Positions 37,670 to 47,625 of a DNA stretch of 62,411 nt are shown here, in pieces. A model generated the notes under the pieces. That model was not told the DNA's origin and made no database searches. It was given only the letters and a program-made list of their open reading frames with translations. The stretch covers positions 1 through 62,411 of the IMG/VR virus record IMGVR_UViG_3300037722_000432. One strand, written 5' to 3'. The position numbers and the translations under genes were made by a program. Origin of the DNA: a virus (taxonomy: Duplodnaviria > Caudoviricetes). Each line of letters starts with the position of its first letter. The first letter of the stretch is position 1.

Positions 37670-38553
37670 CGGTCTTTGAGCTTGGAGGCATGGTCAGACA
37701 CGAACACTCGCCATTTAGCCAGCCTCGTGTAACCGGCTGAAAGGTCCAAGGAGATAGCATCCCGACCTAGAACCTTGGCGACCAACGCGGTAGTCCCGCT
37801 CCCCCCGAACGGGTCCAAAACCACTCCATTAGGTGGGCACCAACCCGTGACGATTCGCCTTACTAGCTCCACGGGGTAAGCAGCATAGTGGGTATCCGTG
37901 TTGAGACGTGCGAAGATCTCCTTGGGGTAGGTCAACCCTTCGCTGGATGTGATCTCCCAGACCGAGGAGGCGTATATGTCCTTGTTGGCTTCGGAGCGTA
38001 ACTGTGGGCTGGCGTAGTGTTGAGATCGAGGGGTGAAATGGAAAATGTATTCGTGGGTGAACTCGGCCCTGTCCTTCGCGTTGTGAGGAATCGAGTTCGG
38101 CTTATCCCAGATGATGGTTTGTCTGAGTACCCAACCTTCTTCTGCCATGATGTTGGCGTACCTAGTTGGCAGCCCGAGTTGGGACTTGTTCTGCAAGGGC
38201 GGGAGCGTCCACGACACATAGGCCGACTGGGAATACCTCCCCGGCCCTCGTTTCTTATCCGCGCCTATCCCTGCGTTGTTATGTCCCCCAGATCCAGCGT
38301 ACTTGTCACCTAGCACCACGAACAACGAGCCCGAGTCTTTCAACACCCTCGCGCACTCACTTCCCCAATCGACTAGTCCCTTGATGTATTCCCAGGGGTG
38401 TTCCTCGTTCCCAAGTAGGTGAAGAGGGTCCGTGTCGGCCGCGTCCGTGTATTCGCGGAATGAGTAGTAGGGAGGGGAGGTAACAATCAGGTCTATGGAG
38501 TCGTCATCGAGGTCGGTGTTGAAGGCGTCCCCCTGGCGGATCTGAATGGACAC
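37654..38553 (-). CDS. DNA amino-methyltransferase, beta class (SPPY, likely m4C)
   Basis: TSPPY precedes VLDPFGGSGTT; also IIW.K and H.A.YP. Confidence 0.92.
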   Translation of the reverse strand: MSIQIRQGDAFNTDLDDDSIDLIVTSPPYYSFREYTDAADTDPLHLLGNEEHPWEYIKGLVDWGSECARVLKDSGSLFVVLGDKYAGSGGHNNAGIGADKKRGPGRYSQSAYVSWTLPPLQNKSQLGLPTRYANIMAEEGWVLRQTIIWDKPNSIPHNAKDRAEFTHEYIFHFTPRSQHYASPQLRSEANKDIYASSVWEITSSEGLTYPKEIFARLNTDTHYAAYPVELVRRIVTGWCPPNGVVLDPFGGSGTTALVAKVLGRDAISLDLSAGYTRLAKWRVFVSDHASKLKDRWGLV

Positions 38554-38787
38554 CTATCGGTCATCCTTGGAGTCGTCCTCACGCATATGCCATTCACGGA
38601 ACTCTTCAGAGGTAAGGGCAGGGTCATCTCCGTGGACCTCCCTCCACTCCTCTTCGGGGAAATTGCTATCAACCTCGTCGGTGAAGAAGAACTCTCGATC
38701 AGTTGGGGTGGGTTCAGAAATCTTCTTCTCAAACATATCAAACAACCCTCGGATAGTTTCCCCCATCGTAAACCCTATCTGGCTCAT
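38554..38787 (-). CDS. Acidic hypothetical protein
   Basis: Coupled ORF within the operon. Confidence 0.5.
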   Translation of the reverse strand: MSQIGFTMGETIRGLFDMFEKKISEPTPTDREFFFTDEVDSNFPEEEWREVHGDDPALTSEEFREWHMREDDSKDDR

Positions 38788-39770
38788 CCTTCTACCACTG
38801 TCCCGTCGAGTTCGTACTTAACCATGTTCAGGGTCCTTAACGCGCTCTTAGTCCAACCCTTTCTCCGACCTTCCCCTAACAACCCAACCCTCATCAACTC
38901 GTCAACGGTGTATCTCGGTAGGTGGGCTATCGCGGCTGGGACCTTCTTCCCTTCGTGTTGGATAATCACGATCTGGGTCCCCAAGGTTTGAGAATACAAG
39001 AATACCCAACCGTTCTTCTTGAGAGGACCAGCCAAGTCCGATCCCTTGGTCCCCTCGATCTCTACTTGCTCCCAAGGTGGGGTAGGCAAAGGACGGTACT
39101 CGCTACTTCCCCTCCTCAACGTCAAGGCGAACTTCAAGCTCCCCACCAACACGGGCATCATCGCTCGGTTTCTGAGTATGTAAGCGGGATGGTACGCGGG
39201 AACCCAGATCCTCCCTCCCATCCAAATGGGTTTATCCAAATGGTCCGCCATCGAGAGCTTCTTCCTATCTTCACCTATCACGTTGGCTAACGCGTACCCT
39301 CCGAGAGTGACCCCCACCGCGCAGTCCCCCATGTCCAATTGGTCGATGAAGTTGGGCCTGCACGCCTTCAGTTCGTTAGGGCGGGGATCTCGGTTCTCAG
39401 GTGGGCGACAGCATAGGGTGTTGAACACGTAACAGTTCTCTCTATCCGTTCCAGCCTGTTTGAGAGCGAAGTCGAGGAGCTTGCCACTCTGCCCCACGAA
39501 CGGAATCCCCTTCCGATCCTCCTCATAGCCGGGAGCTTCACCCACGAGCATGAGATCTGCCCTTCCGCGCGGGGGTCCTGAGAAGGGCACGGCCTTGGAT
39601 CGAGTCCGGTTGAGCCCACACGACCGACATTTGACGATCTGACGGCGGAGGTCCGCTTCCTCGGTTCTCTCACGTTGGAGGGCGGTTTGGATCTGGGCGA
39701 GGATGACCTGGCGCGCGTTTGGGTTAGTTGTCTGTTTGAACTGGGCGCGGAGATCGAGGGAGGACTTCAA
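38784..39770 (-). CDS. Uracil-DNA glycosylase family 4 with extra C-terminal domain
   Basis: CxxC, VGEAPG, PFVG.SG, N...CRPP.NR.P and YHPAY motifs; likely TTG start overlapping the upstream TGA. Confidence 0.9.
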   Translation of the reverse strand: MKSSLDLRAQFKQTTNPNARQVILAQIQTALQRERTEEADLRRQIVKCRSCGLNRTRSKAVPFSGPPRGRADLMLVGEAPGYEEDRKGIPFVGQSGKLLDFALKQAGTDRENCYVFNTLCCRPPENRDPRPNELKACRPNFIDQLDMGDCAVGVTLGGYALANVIGEDRKKLSMADHLDKPIWMGGRIWVPAYHPAYILRNRAMMPVLVGSLKFALTLRRGSSEYRPLPTPPWEQVEIEGTKGSDLAGPLKKNGWVFLYSQTLGTQIVIIQHEGKKVPAAIAHLPRYTVDELMRVGLLGEGRRKGWTKSALRTLNMVKYELDGTVVEG

Positions 39771-40423
39771 AAGATCTTCTCCTCTGTCACCTTCTCCTTC
39801 ACCTTCACGTCTTCCACCTTCACCAACATCTGGTATATCTGGCTGGCTTTCTGCTTCCCTATGCCTGGGATAGCACTCAACTCTTCTGGGCCGGTGATCT
39901 CCCATTTGATTGGGACGCCCTGAAAATGGTCCCATATCCTCGACGCTATCTCTGGCCCTACCCCTGGGAACGACTGGAGCAGGTGCATCCCATACTCTTT
40001 GAACCCGAGCTTCCCCCACGAGTCCTTACTGGGTCCCGGTCTAGTTCTCAAACTCGTGTGTTTGTCCTTACCAGCCCAACTCTCCAGGCTAATCAAGAAC
40101 TCCTGGGTCTCGTGCATGTCTCTCACCTGGAAGACCTCGATTCCGAATTCAAACGCGAGGCTCAAGATCAGCGAGTACATCTGGTGGCGGGTGAACTGGC
40201 GTATATCCAACAACTCCCCATCCCCCGTCCACTTCCCGTACCCTTCCAAGATGATAATGGCTCGATCCAGCTTCCCCATGAGATGGACTTGTTCGTAGAG
40301 TCGTCCATCGGCTAGGGAGGAGAGGAGATCTTCGGGGAACTTCTTACGCTGGACCCCCGTTTTCGCCTTCCCCTTCACGATGAGAAAATCGCACCCGTAT
40401 TTCTCTGGGACAATTGAGGACAT
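39767..40423 (-). CDS. ERCC4/XPF-like nuclease (resolvase) with HhH motifs; true N-terminus probably extends upstream
   Basis: DF....QRK..DL..S..DGRL.EQ motif; FPGVG and IPGIG HhH motifs. Confidence 0.85.
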   Translation of the reverse strand: MSSIVPEKYGCDFLIVKGKAKTGVQRKKFPEDLLSSLADGRLYEQVHLMGKLDRAIIILEGYGKWTGDGELLDIRQFTRHQMYSLILSLAFEFGIEVFQVRDMHETQEFLISLESWAGKDKHTSLRTRPGPSKDSWGKLGFKEYGMHLLQSFPGVGPEIASRIWDHFQGVPIKWEITGPEELSAIPGIGKQKASQIYQMLVKVEDVKVKEKVTEEKIF

Positions 40424-40480
40424 ACCCAGGGTTTTGAAATTGAAAGGTTCGGTGGAGCTAACTAAAATTCTGGCCCCCCA

Positions 40481-40657
40481 TTATCCCTTGACCGGCTTCG
40501 CGTCCTCGATGAATTGGGCATACTCAATGGTTGCTCTCTCCAGGATCTCTTGTTTGAGATCTAACTCGTCCCCATAATTGGCCTGGGTCTCATCCCCATG
40601 TTCCGATGCCGCGTATAACAAGGCGGCGTAAAGCAGAGTGTCGCGTGGGTGTTTCAT
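40481..40657 (-). CDS. Hypothetical protein
   Basis: GGAGGAG RBS; ATGA overlap. Confidence 0.5.
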   Translation of the reverse strand: MKHPRDTLLYAALLYAASEHGDETQANYGDELDLKQEILERATIEYAQFIEDAKPVKG

Positions 40658-41562
40658 TTTTCTCCTCCTGCCATCTTCCATCCAGCTAGCTTCACCAAGT
40701 AATCCTGTGCGAACTTAGGTCCGTCGCTCAGGGTCAAGGTACTGCCCCTCCCCAACTTCTCCGCTATGACATCCTCCCTGTCTCTATCCCCAACAAAGGT
40801 GATGCTCCTCTCTTTGACTGTCTTTCCATCTGGGGCGACTCGCTTCTGCACCCTCCCAATAGTGTGGAAACGGTGGACCGCTCCTTTCTCGGTCTTGGGT
40901 GCATGATTGGACGTGATGGCGTACTGGGCTCGCTTCTCCCCGGACTTGTCGTGGTGGGGTAGGATCTCGCTCTCACTGGAGTACGCGATCACATGGCAGG
41001 GGGCGTAGAGAGTCAGGCGTTTCTCCCAGCGTCGGTACTCTTTACCAATGTAATTCCAATCCACCCCGCTATGTCCACCAAATCCTCGATCCCCAGACCC
41101 CTCTTCGTCAGCCTCAATGGCCTTTCTCACTTTCGCGTAATACTCCCAGCTATTCTCCCCGTACACGTTCCCGATCCACCAATCGGGCATGACCTCCCAT
41201 AGATTGGAGAGCATGTCAATGGACACCCAATCTTGGGGCTGGGCTCGCTTTCGGATCTCGTCGGCTATGGGGTGATAGACCTCAAACTTCTCCGGTATCC
41301 AAACAGTGGCGTTCTCGTACTCCAGCTTGGTAATGCTCTCTTCAAATTCCTCGCCTACTTGCTCCCCCAAAAGATGCCCATGAGTTCCACCTGGATACAA
41401 CCCGATAGCTTCCGTCGCGTTGTCGTTGTCAATGATGAAGAAGTGGCTCGGGGTCCTGGTCAGTTTCGCAAAATACATGAGAGCTATGTAAGTGAAGCTC
41501 TTACCTACTTTGGCTCCCCCGAATAGGAGGATGCGTTCTCGTCTGGTCGGTAACCATGCCAT
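40654..41562 (-). CDS. AAA_24/Sak4-like P-loop ATPase (ssDNA annealing/recombination)
   Basis: ILLFGGAKVGKS Walker A, SID Walker B, ..W motif; adjacent to a nuclease. Confidence 0.7.
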   Translation of the reverse strand: MAWLPTRRERILLFGGAKVGKSFTYIALMYFAKLTRTPSHFFIIDNDNATEAIGLYPGGTHGHLLGEQVGEEFEESITKLEYENATVWIPEKFEVYHPIADEIRKRAQPQDWVSIDMLSNLWEVMPDWWIGNVYGENSWEYYAKVRKAIEADEEGSGDRGFGGHSGVDWNYIGKEYRRWEKRLTLYAPCHVIAYSSESEILPHHDKSGEKRAQYAITSNHAPKTEKGAVHRFHTIGRVQKRVAPDGKTVKERSITFVGDRDREDVIAEKLGRGSTLTLSDGPKFAQDYLVKLAGWKMAGGEK

Positions 41563-41581
41563 GTGGTCGCGTGGTCCTTTC

Positions 41582-41881
41582 TTATAGGGTGAGAAGCCGG
41601 TCTATCTCCGCGGCTATCAGCGCCCCGGCTTTCTCCAAGTTGCGGATAGGATCGGTAGAAGGCTTCCACCACTCATGGGACCAGCGCCATTCTTGGCATG
41701 GTGGGTTGGTTGTCTCAGCCTCATAGAATTCGTTGGCGATTTGACGGCTTGCTGTGCGCGCGTAACAGGATGCCGCCCCGGACAACTCTCCAAAAATGTG
41801 TTGCTCATCGTGTTCGGATGTCCAACCCTCAACCTCAATCTGACGTTGCCTCTCCTCGGCTATTCGCTCTATCCCGTTCAT
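41582..41881 (-). CDS. Conserved phage protein of unknown function
   Basis: ERQRQ...EGW...HD.H...L..AA..Y...W.W....WKP.....L.KAGALI.AEI.RL, a widespread family. Confidence 0.75.
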   Translation of the reverse strand: MNGIERIAEERQRQIEVEGWTSEHDEQHIFGELSGAASCYARTASRQIANEFYEAETTNPPCQEWRWSHEWWKPSTDPIRNLEKAGALIAAEIDRLLTL

Positions 41882-42861
41882 TTTCCATCCTCCACTACCC
41901 TGATAATTGGGTACTCGTACTTCACCTTGGTCTCTACCTCCCCTAACCGCTCATCTCCATGAACGGCGATGTACTTCTCCTTAGACATATAGGTGTTTCC
42001 TCCCCCTCGACGGGTCACTCGATACTTGACCCCCTCAAAGGTAACCTCAGTCTGTTTCATTCCCCCGAGCATGTTCAGGATCTCGGGATTGATCTTCTTG
42101 CGGGACTCCTCCGCGGCCTTCCCCTTCTCCTCGATCTCCTTAAGGACCTTGTACTCGGCTACTAACTCCCCGAGTACCGCTTCCATCTCTTCGGTTAAAG
42201 GCTCGATCTCTTTCTCGTCATCCTCGTCGTGGAGGTACCAAACTGGACAGCCCCATTGGTTGGCTATGTCACAGGGAGGGAGTTCCCCTTTACGCCGGTA
42301 CTTCTCAGCTATGAGGATCTTCTTCCTCAACACGGATAGGGGGATAGGGGGTTGACCGGCTGGGATGGTTAGCTCGGTCATGTACCCGTCTTCTCGACGC
42401 TTAACTATGTACCTGACATCGTACTCGGGGTAAGCCTGCATGTACCAGGAGATCTGCCAGGCATATCTCTCGAAGTCTCGGAACTGGTTATTCACCCACT
42501 TAGCAAACTGCTTGGTGGACATGGACTTGATCTCAAGAAGTTGGTTGCTCTTGTCTGGGTAGTTAGCTAGCCCCTCCATGTGGCCCCGGACGAACACCTT
42601 GGGAATGATCGGAATATTGATCTCTTCCTGTTGCGCGAAGACATCTATCTCTTCGGTGTCCTTCAGCATTTGGATCACCGCGGTCTCGTGGAGATTCCCC
42701 TCGTTAGCGGACCTCTCCAACAAGTCGTCTACCTTCTTCCCTCGTTGGTCCTCATACCCAAAGGCGGAAGCGACAAGGTACTTCACACACGAGCCCGAGG
42801 AGGACGCGCGGTAGATGGCATTGTCCCCCTCCATATACACACTTGGACGATCATCACCCAT
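41878..42861 (-). CDS. PD-(D/E)xK exonuclease (Cas4/YqaJ-like)
   Basis: RAS..G.C, G..HE, GH.EG, LEIKS and Y..Q...Y motifs, with C-terminal Cys residues. Confidence 0.8.
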   Translation of the reverse strand: MGDDRPSVYMEGDNAIYRASSSGSCVKYLVASAFGYEDQRGKKVDDLLERSANEGNLHETAVIQMLKDTEEIDVFAQQEEINIPIIPKVFVRGHMEGLANYPDKSNQLLEIKSMSTKQFAKWVNNQFRDFERYAWQISWYMQAYPEYDVRYIVKRREDGYMTELTIPAGQPPIPLSVLRKKILIAEKYRRKGELPPCDIANQWGCPVWYLHDEDDEKEIEPLTEEMEAVLGELVAEYKVLKEIEEKGKAAEESRKKINPEILNMLGGMKQTEVTFEGVKYRVTRRGGGNTYMSKEKYIAVHGDERLGEVETKVKYEYPIIRVVEDGK

Positions 42862-43250
42862 TCAGCATCTCCCTCCAGTTACTAAAGCTAGGCTCGCCAA
42901 TATGGTCAGGGTATCTCTCCGACTCAACCGTGAGTAAGTTAGGGCAAAATCCTTGGTAACTTCCCCTATTCTCACCCGACAACTATTGACCTCAACTTCT
43001 CGGTAGATGTTCCAATGCCATTCCAGTTGCCCCGAGGTAGGGCACGCCTTTGTCCCCAGGGCCTTTCTCCCGTCCATTAGAGGGGTGCAATGGACATATG
43101 GGCTGAGGAATAGAGCGTCTTCCAGGGTGATGTCGAGATCGAGGACAGGCATAGTCGGGGGACTCTAGCAGGTTAGGGACGCGACGCGGGGATGGGGTTG
43201 GATGGTATCGTGATCGTCCAAGCCCGATCCCCTAACAAGGAGGGAAACCT

Positions 43251-43607
43251 ATGGGCATCAGAAACAGCGAGCGCATGGTGCGTTCCGAGTTCGTCACCGA
43301 TGAAGAGGGGAATCCCACTGGGGGTTACACCTACATCACCATTCCGCATGGAGATCTCTCAGCAATGGAGATCTACTGGCAGGATGGTGTAATCCCCCCT
43401 GGCGAGTCCCAGAACGGTGCCTTTGTCGAGGACGTGTTGGAGGCAGCCCGTCAACGGCTTCTGTTCTTCAACTCCACCAAGTTCCGGTGCCGGGAGAACT
43501 CCATCGCGATCACCAAGATCGAGGAAGCTCTCCAATGGCTGGACTGGAGGACACGAAACCGGCTGGGTCAGGGAGTGGAGAACACCTACGAAACCCACGA
43601 GGGCTGA
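43251..43607 (+). CDS. tad1: Tad1-like anti-defence nucleotide sponge
   Basis: I.WQ.G......NG...ED.L.....RL..F....F.CREN..A.T..EEAL.WL..R...R....VE.T matches the Tad1 family pattern; AAGGAGG RBS. Confidence 0.85.
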   Translation: MGIRNSERMVRSEFVTDEEGNPTGGYTYITIPHGDLSAMEIYWQDGVIPPGESQNGAFVEDVLEAARQRLLFFNSTKFRCRENSIAITKIEEALQWLDWRTRNRLGQGVENTYETHEG

Positions 43608-43653
43608 TATAGTCCTCACCAGATGGGGCGCTCTATCCACTGGCTACGCGAAA

Positions 43654-43683
43654 GAAGGGCTCGGGATCTCTCCCGGCCCTTCT
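43654..43683. terminator. Hairpin between convergent genes
   Basis: GAAGGGC(T)CGGGA-TCTC-TCCCGGCCCTTC. Confidence 0.65.
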
Positions 43684-43707
43684 CTCGTTTCTGGCCCTGG
43701 ATCGGGG

Positions 43708-44004
43708 CTACTTCTTCTTGCCCTTCTCCAAGTTCGCGAACACTCGATCCCCGCGCACGGCCACGGTGATCTCCAGCTTGTGGCGCTTGGCGGCTGAGTC
43801 GATCATCGACTGGACCGAGGAAGCCTTCCGGCCTGCCGGGTCCAACTCAACGATCTTGCCATCGGCCTCCACGATCTGCTCCAGAAGCTCGTTGGCGACC
43901 GACGAGTATTGCCGGGGGGGAAGTTCGTCCACTACACCGAGAACCCTGATTGGGTTATCGTGCTGGGGACGGGTACCGCCCTTGCCTTTCTTGGGTGTTG
44001 CCAT
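43708..44004 (-). CDS. Small basic protein, probably DNA-binding
   Basis: Lys-rich ends; AAGGAG RBS. Confidence 0.55.
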   Translation of the reverse strand: MATPKKGKGGTRPQHDNPIRVLGVVDELPPRQYSSVANELLEQIVEADGKIVELDPAGRKASSVQSMIDSAAKRHKLEITVAVRGDRVFANLEKGKKK

Positions 44005-44111
44005 TGTCTCTATCTCCTTGATTGGTGGTTCTGATCTCGGGGGTGGATCTGAGAGGGAGGAGGAGTGGTGAGCCTCCTCTCTCTCCCTGCTTCAATTGTC
44101 AGTGAGGGGTT

Positions 44112-44957
44112 CTACTCCGCGGCCTGGACCTCCGCCCACAAGGACGACTCCTCGTCCAACGCTTCCGCGGACAATTCCTCGTCGGCGCTGAGAGCTTCGG
44201 CCTCATCGAACTGCTCCGGGTCGAAGATGAAGTTGACGAAATCGGAATGGTTCTCGAAGTCGTACTCCGTCCCGGTGTTGACGATGGCCGCGCGGAGAGC
44301 CGCGTTACCCTTCTTCGCCGGAGTCTTCTTGGTTGTCCCCTTCTTGGCTGGGGTCTTCTTCGCGGGAGCCTCCTCAGCTTCCTCGGCCTCTTCAACCTCC
44401 TCAGCTTTGGCCTTCGCCGGGGTCTTCTTCGTTGCTCCCTTCGCAGGTCCCTTCTTGGGTGCGGGCTTGCTCTCCTCGACCTCGACCGTCCCGATGAAGT
44501 CCACGGGCAACGGGACCTCGTAGGTCACTTGCTCCTTGGTCTCCCGGTCACGGTAAGAGAACTGCTTGCGCTCGATGTGAACCTGCAATCCCTCCCAGGT
44601 GTCAGCAACGAAGGTGTCTCCCCGCGACTGAAGCTCCTTGATGACCTCATCTCCGAGCCCGACCATCGCGTTGATGAGACGCCCCATGTTCGTGTTGTTG
44701 ACGAACGTGGTCTTCCCGGCTGTGTGGGCAGCCTCGCGACCTCCCTTGGTTGCTTCCCACCCTTCTCCGGTGGAATAGAGGAGAACGTGCTCGTCGTCTA
44801 CGACCTCGCCCTCTTGCTCCGCGATTCCACGGAGGTTGAGTAGCAGGGTGTCTCCGAACTTCTCGTTGACGCCAAACCAGGCTTCCTCGATGGTGAAATC
44901 AAAGTCATCGAGTAGTCCTGATCCGGTCTTCCAACTTCCTGTTGGCTGTGGTGCCAT
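44112..44957 (-). CDS. SSB-like protein with histone-like PAKK repeats
   Basis: OB-like N-terminal half, KKTPAKK repeats, acidic tail; located in the replication block. Confidence 0.55.
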   Translation of the reverse strand: MAPQPTGSWKTGSGLLDDFDFTIEEAWFGVNEKFGDTLLLNLRGIAEQEGEVVDDEHVLLYSTGEGWEATKGGREAAHTAGKTTFVNNTNMGRLINAMVGLGDEVIKELQSRGDTFVADTWEGLQVHIERKQFSYRDRETKEQVTYEVPLPVDFIGTVEVEESKPAPKKGPAKGATKKTPAKAKAEEVEEAEEAEEAPAKKTPAKKGTTKKTPAKKGNAALRAAIVNTGTEYDFENHSDFVNFIFDPEQFDEAEALSADEELSAEALDEESSLWAEVQAAE

Positions 44958-45123
44958 GTCTCTCCTTGTTTCAGATGGCGTGTGTGTGATGGTGTGGTCT
45001 CTGGTCGGTGGAATCGTTGTTGTCTATGGTTGGGCCTCCTGGGTTGAGCGGCTGTCTGTCACGCAAACCCTAATATAGTAGAGAAGGTTCAAGTCCGCAA
45101 CTCTTGTGGGGTGAATCTTCTGT

Positions 45124-47625
45124 TTATGCCATCCCCCTCCACTTGGGGTCGTTGACATCCCAAACAATGGCGTCGGCCCACCATTTGGGAAATAGGCGAC
45201 GATTCTCCCTATACAGCCGGGAGAATTGACGGTCGAGGATGTAGGTACGGCAACTATCATCGGCTGACCTCATTCCCCGACCCGTCATCTGGCATAGAGA
45301 ACGGATGGCCTGGACCGCGTACCAGATCTTCCCGGCTCTACCCGTCCCGAACAGTCGAGCCGAAACCTGCTTGTCCCCGACAGAGAGGTAGGGGACCTTC
45401 GCCACTACGATCACCTTGCAATCATCGGCAGGGAGATCCACCCCACGGTCGAAGCTCGGGGCTATCAACACCCCACGCGGGTTGTCAAGATACCTATTAA
45501 GGGCACTCTCTCTATCCCTGGAGTCAAAGTAGGTCTCTAGCCTTCCCCCGTACCCTTTGTGCTTCAACTCAAAGAACAAGTCCTTGGTCAGCCGGTACGA
45601 AACGCTATGGACCAGAATCCGCTCGTTAGGGTGTTCGTCCATGATCTGAGCTATCTCGTCTATGAGCAGGGGAGTAGCCTCCCTGATGTTCTTGTTGGTC
45701 ACGTCGGCCACCATTCGCGGGATGATCGGACGTTGTAGCACCGGGAAAGAACTCGGGACCTCCACCACCGTCCATTCATCTTCTCCGAGCCCAAGGAACT
45801 CCGCTTCCATCGCCGGGGATACGAACGTCGCGGATAGGAGAACAAACTGGGATGCTCTCGACCACAATATCCCATCAGAAAACGCTTGGACATGGATGGG
45901 TTTGAAAGTTACGTTGACCTTGTTATCTGGAGGGTAGTTCCCATCCATGTCTTTCTCGTATCCTGTGTAGACCCAATCATCGTTGAGGGTATAGGTGATT
46001 TCCCCTGTCTCTGGGTCCTCTTCCTTCTGGAGTAGAGATTTCACCTTCCTCAACAGTTGGACGAGCTTCTTCTTCTTGCGGATCTCGTCCACGTCGAAGT
46101 CCCCAAACAAATCAGGAGACAGGTTTAGGTCAGCCAGAGCGTCCTTAACCGCAGGAGCTACCTCATCAGCCAACCACTCGACCCAACTCTCATCTACGGT
46201 CTTCTTCTCGGGGAGCCCTATCCCCAGCAGCTTTCTATCTCGGGCTGTGATCTGAACCTCGACAAACCTCATTAACTCGGCCTCTAGCATGTCGGCCTCA
46301 TCTATCAGACACAACCCTCGACCGCGGAATAGCGAGTTGTTCACGTAGTTCGTCTCGGCCAGGAAGTACGCTGTGTTAAGGACCGCTAACCTCGCGGCTC
46401 CGGCCTCAAATTTGGCGACTTCGTAAGGACACTGGTCCCACGGGTGACAGTTGGTGCAATGCCAGTTGGTCATCCCCACGGTGGGGTCGCTCATGTCTGT
46501 CTCGACTATCCCCCAGGAACTCCCCCCCGACCATCCTGGGCAATCTTTACATGCTGGGAAGGTGGCCTTCCTCTTGTTACAGTCAGCCGCGGTTACCAAG
46601 GGGTTGTCTAAGGTAGGGTAGTTAGCCCGTCCCTTTATCACCTTTGCGTACTCAAACTCACGGAGGATCTGGTCTTGGAGGGTCTTGGTAGTGCAGGTGT
46701 AAATCCCCCTGATCCCTCTCAACCTACGGATGGATTCAGCTAGGAGGGTTTTCCCACTACCAGTAGGCGCGGACACGAACACGGCTTTGTATCCCGCGTC
46801 TAATGCCGCGTCAATCTCCCGTATCGCCATCCACTGACTTGGCCGGAATTCCTGGAACTTACTTGGGAGATCAGGCTCGGTTGAATTGAGCTTGATTTGC
46901 CCTGGGTGGGGTATCCAGTCCGGGTCCTGTTCTATCAACTCCCATAGCTGCTCGGGTTCGATCACCGGGAAATCAACAGGTGGAGTCGTGGTGGATTTTT
47001 CACCCCGGATTTCTGGGTCCAAAGGTGGACTGGAAGATTCTGGAAAATCGGGTTGGGGCTCTGGAACCTTCCCCCTGCACTCCGAACAGACACGTCGGAA
47101 GTCAGAGATCGAGTTGGTGTCGAACTCCTCCCCACACTCGATACAGACCACCCCTGGCTTCTTCTTCGGCGGGACCGGATGATGAGTCATCTCAAACACA
47201 GGGATGTCAGGAGAATCCTTACGCGCGGGGCGGGGAGTGACTATCTGAGGCATCTCGTCCATGAAGACCGCGTCAGGCTTGGGACCGTGAACTCCATCGA
47301 CCTCGGGACCCATCCATTCCCCATGTTCCTGGATGTGCAGAAGGACCCCCGTGATGTGGCTGCAAGTGGCGCGGTAGTGTCCCCCCGTCCGATTCGTGTC
47401 CAAGCAATCACAAGTCCAATCCCCAGTCCCATCGGTTCTTTCCCTCACCAAATACTGGGGGTACTTGTCTCCGATAGTTTCATTCCCGAACACGACGTAG
47501 ACGTTGGGGGATTTCCCCTCCATGACCCGCCGCTTTTTGGCTCGGGCAATTAACCCTGGACGCATGGGGTCAGAGGCAGGTTGACGAGATGGGGTGGTCG
47601 TCCAAGAAGCTGGGAGAGAACTCAT
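45124..47625 (-). CDS. DinG/XPD-family helicase with N-terminal SWIM finger
   Basis: APTGSGKT, KGR.NY, Cys cluster, DEAD, LSAT, GVD, K.PY and Q..GR.MR...D motifs; N-terminal CDC...CSH. Confidence 0.9.
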   Translation of the reverse strand: MSSLPASWTTTPSRQPASDPMRPGLIARAKKRRVMEGKSPNVYVVFGNETIGDKYPQYLVRERTDGTGDWTCDCLDTNRTGGHYRATCSHITGVLLHIQEHGEWMGPEVDGVHGPKPDAVFMDEMPQIVTPRPARKDSPDIPVFEMTHHPVPPKKKPGVVCIECGEEFDTNSISDFRRVCSECRGKVPEPQPDFPESSSPPLDPEIRGEKSTTTPPVDFPVIEPEQLWELIEQDPDWIPHPGQIKLNSTEPDLPSKFQEFRPSQWMAIREIDAALDAGYKAVFVSAPTGSGKTLLAESIRRLRGIRGIYTCTTKTLQDQILREFEYAKVIKGRANYPTLDNPLVTAADCNKRKATFPACKDCPGWSGGSSWGIVETDMSDPTVGMTNWHCTNCHPWDQCPYEVAKFEAGAARLAVLNTAYFLAETNYVNNSLFRGRGLCLIDEADMLEAELMRFVEVQITARDRKLLGIGLPEKKTVDESWVEWLADEVAPAVKDALADLNLSPDLFGDFDVDEIRKKKKLVQLLRKVKSLLQKEEDPETGEITYTLNDDWVYTGYEKDMDGNYPPDNKVNVTFKPIHVQAFSDGILWSRASQFVLLSATFVSPAMEAEFLGLGEDEWTVVEVPSSFPVLQRPIIPRMVADVTNKNIREATPLLIDEIAQIMDEHPNERILVHSVSYRLTKDLFFELKHKGYGGRLETYFDSRDRESALNRYLDNPRGVLIAPSFDRGVDLPADDCKVIVVAKVPYLSVGDKQVSARLFGTGRAGKIWYAVQAIRSLCQMTGRGMRSADDSCRTYILDRQFSRLYRENRRLFPKWWADAIVWDVNDPKWRGMA

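Noticed and set aside
39771-40019. Long N-terminal extension of the UDG ORF
   Set aside because: It overlaps the ERCC4 gene; a TTG start at 39770 overlapping the ERCC4 stop is more plausible.
43612-43650. Minus-strand tRNA-like fragment CGTAGCCAGTGGATAGAGCG
   Set aside because: Only a defective D-arm likeness, with no T arm or acceptor stem; at most a remnant.
41878-47625. Cas4-like nuclease plus DinG as a type IV CRISPR system
   Set aside because: No repeat-spacer array or Cas7/Cas5 genes were seen, and the context is phage recombination.
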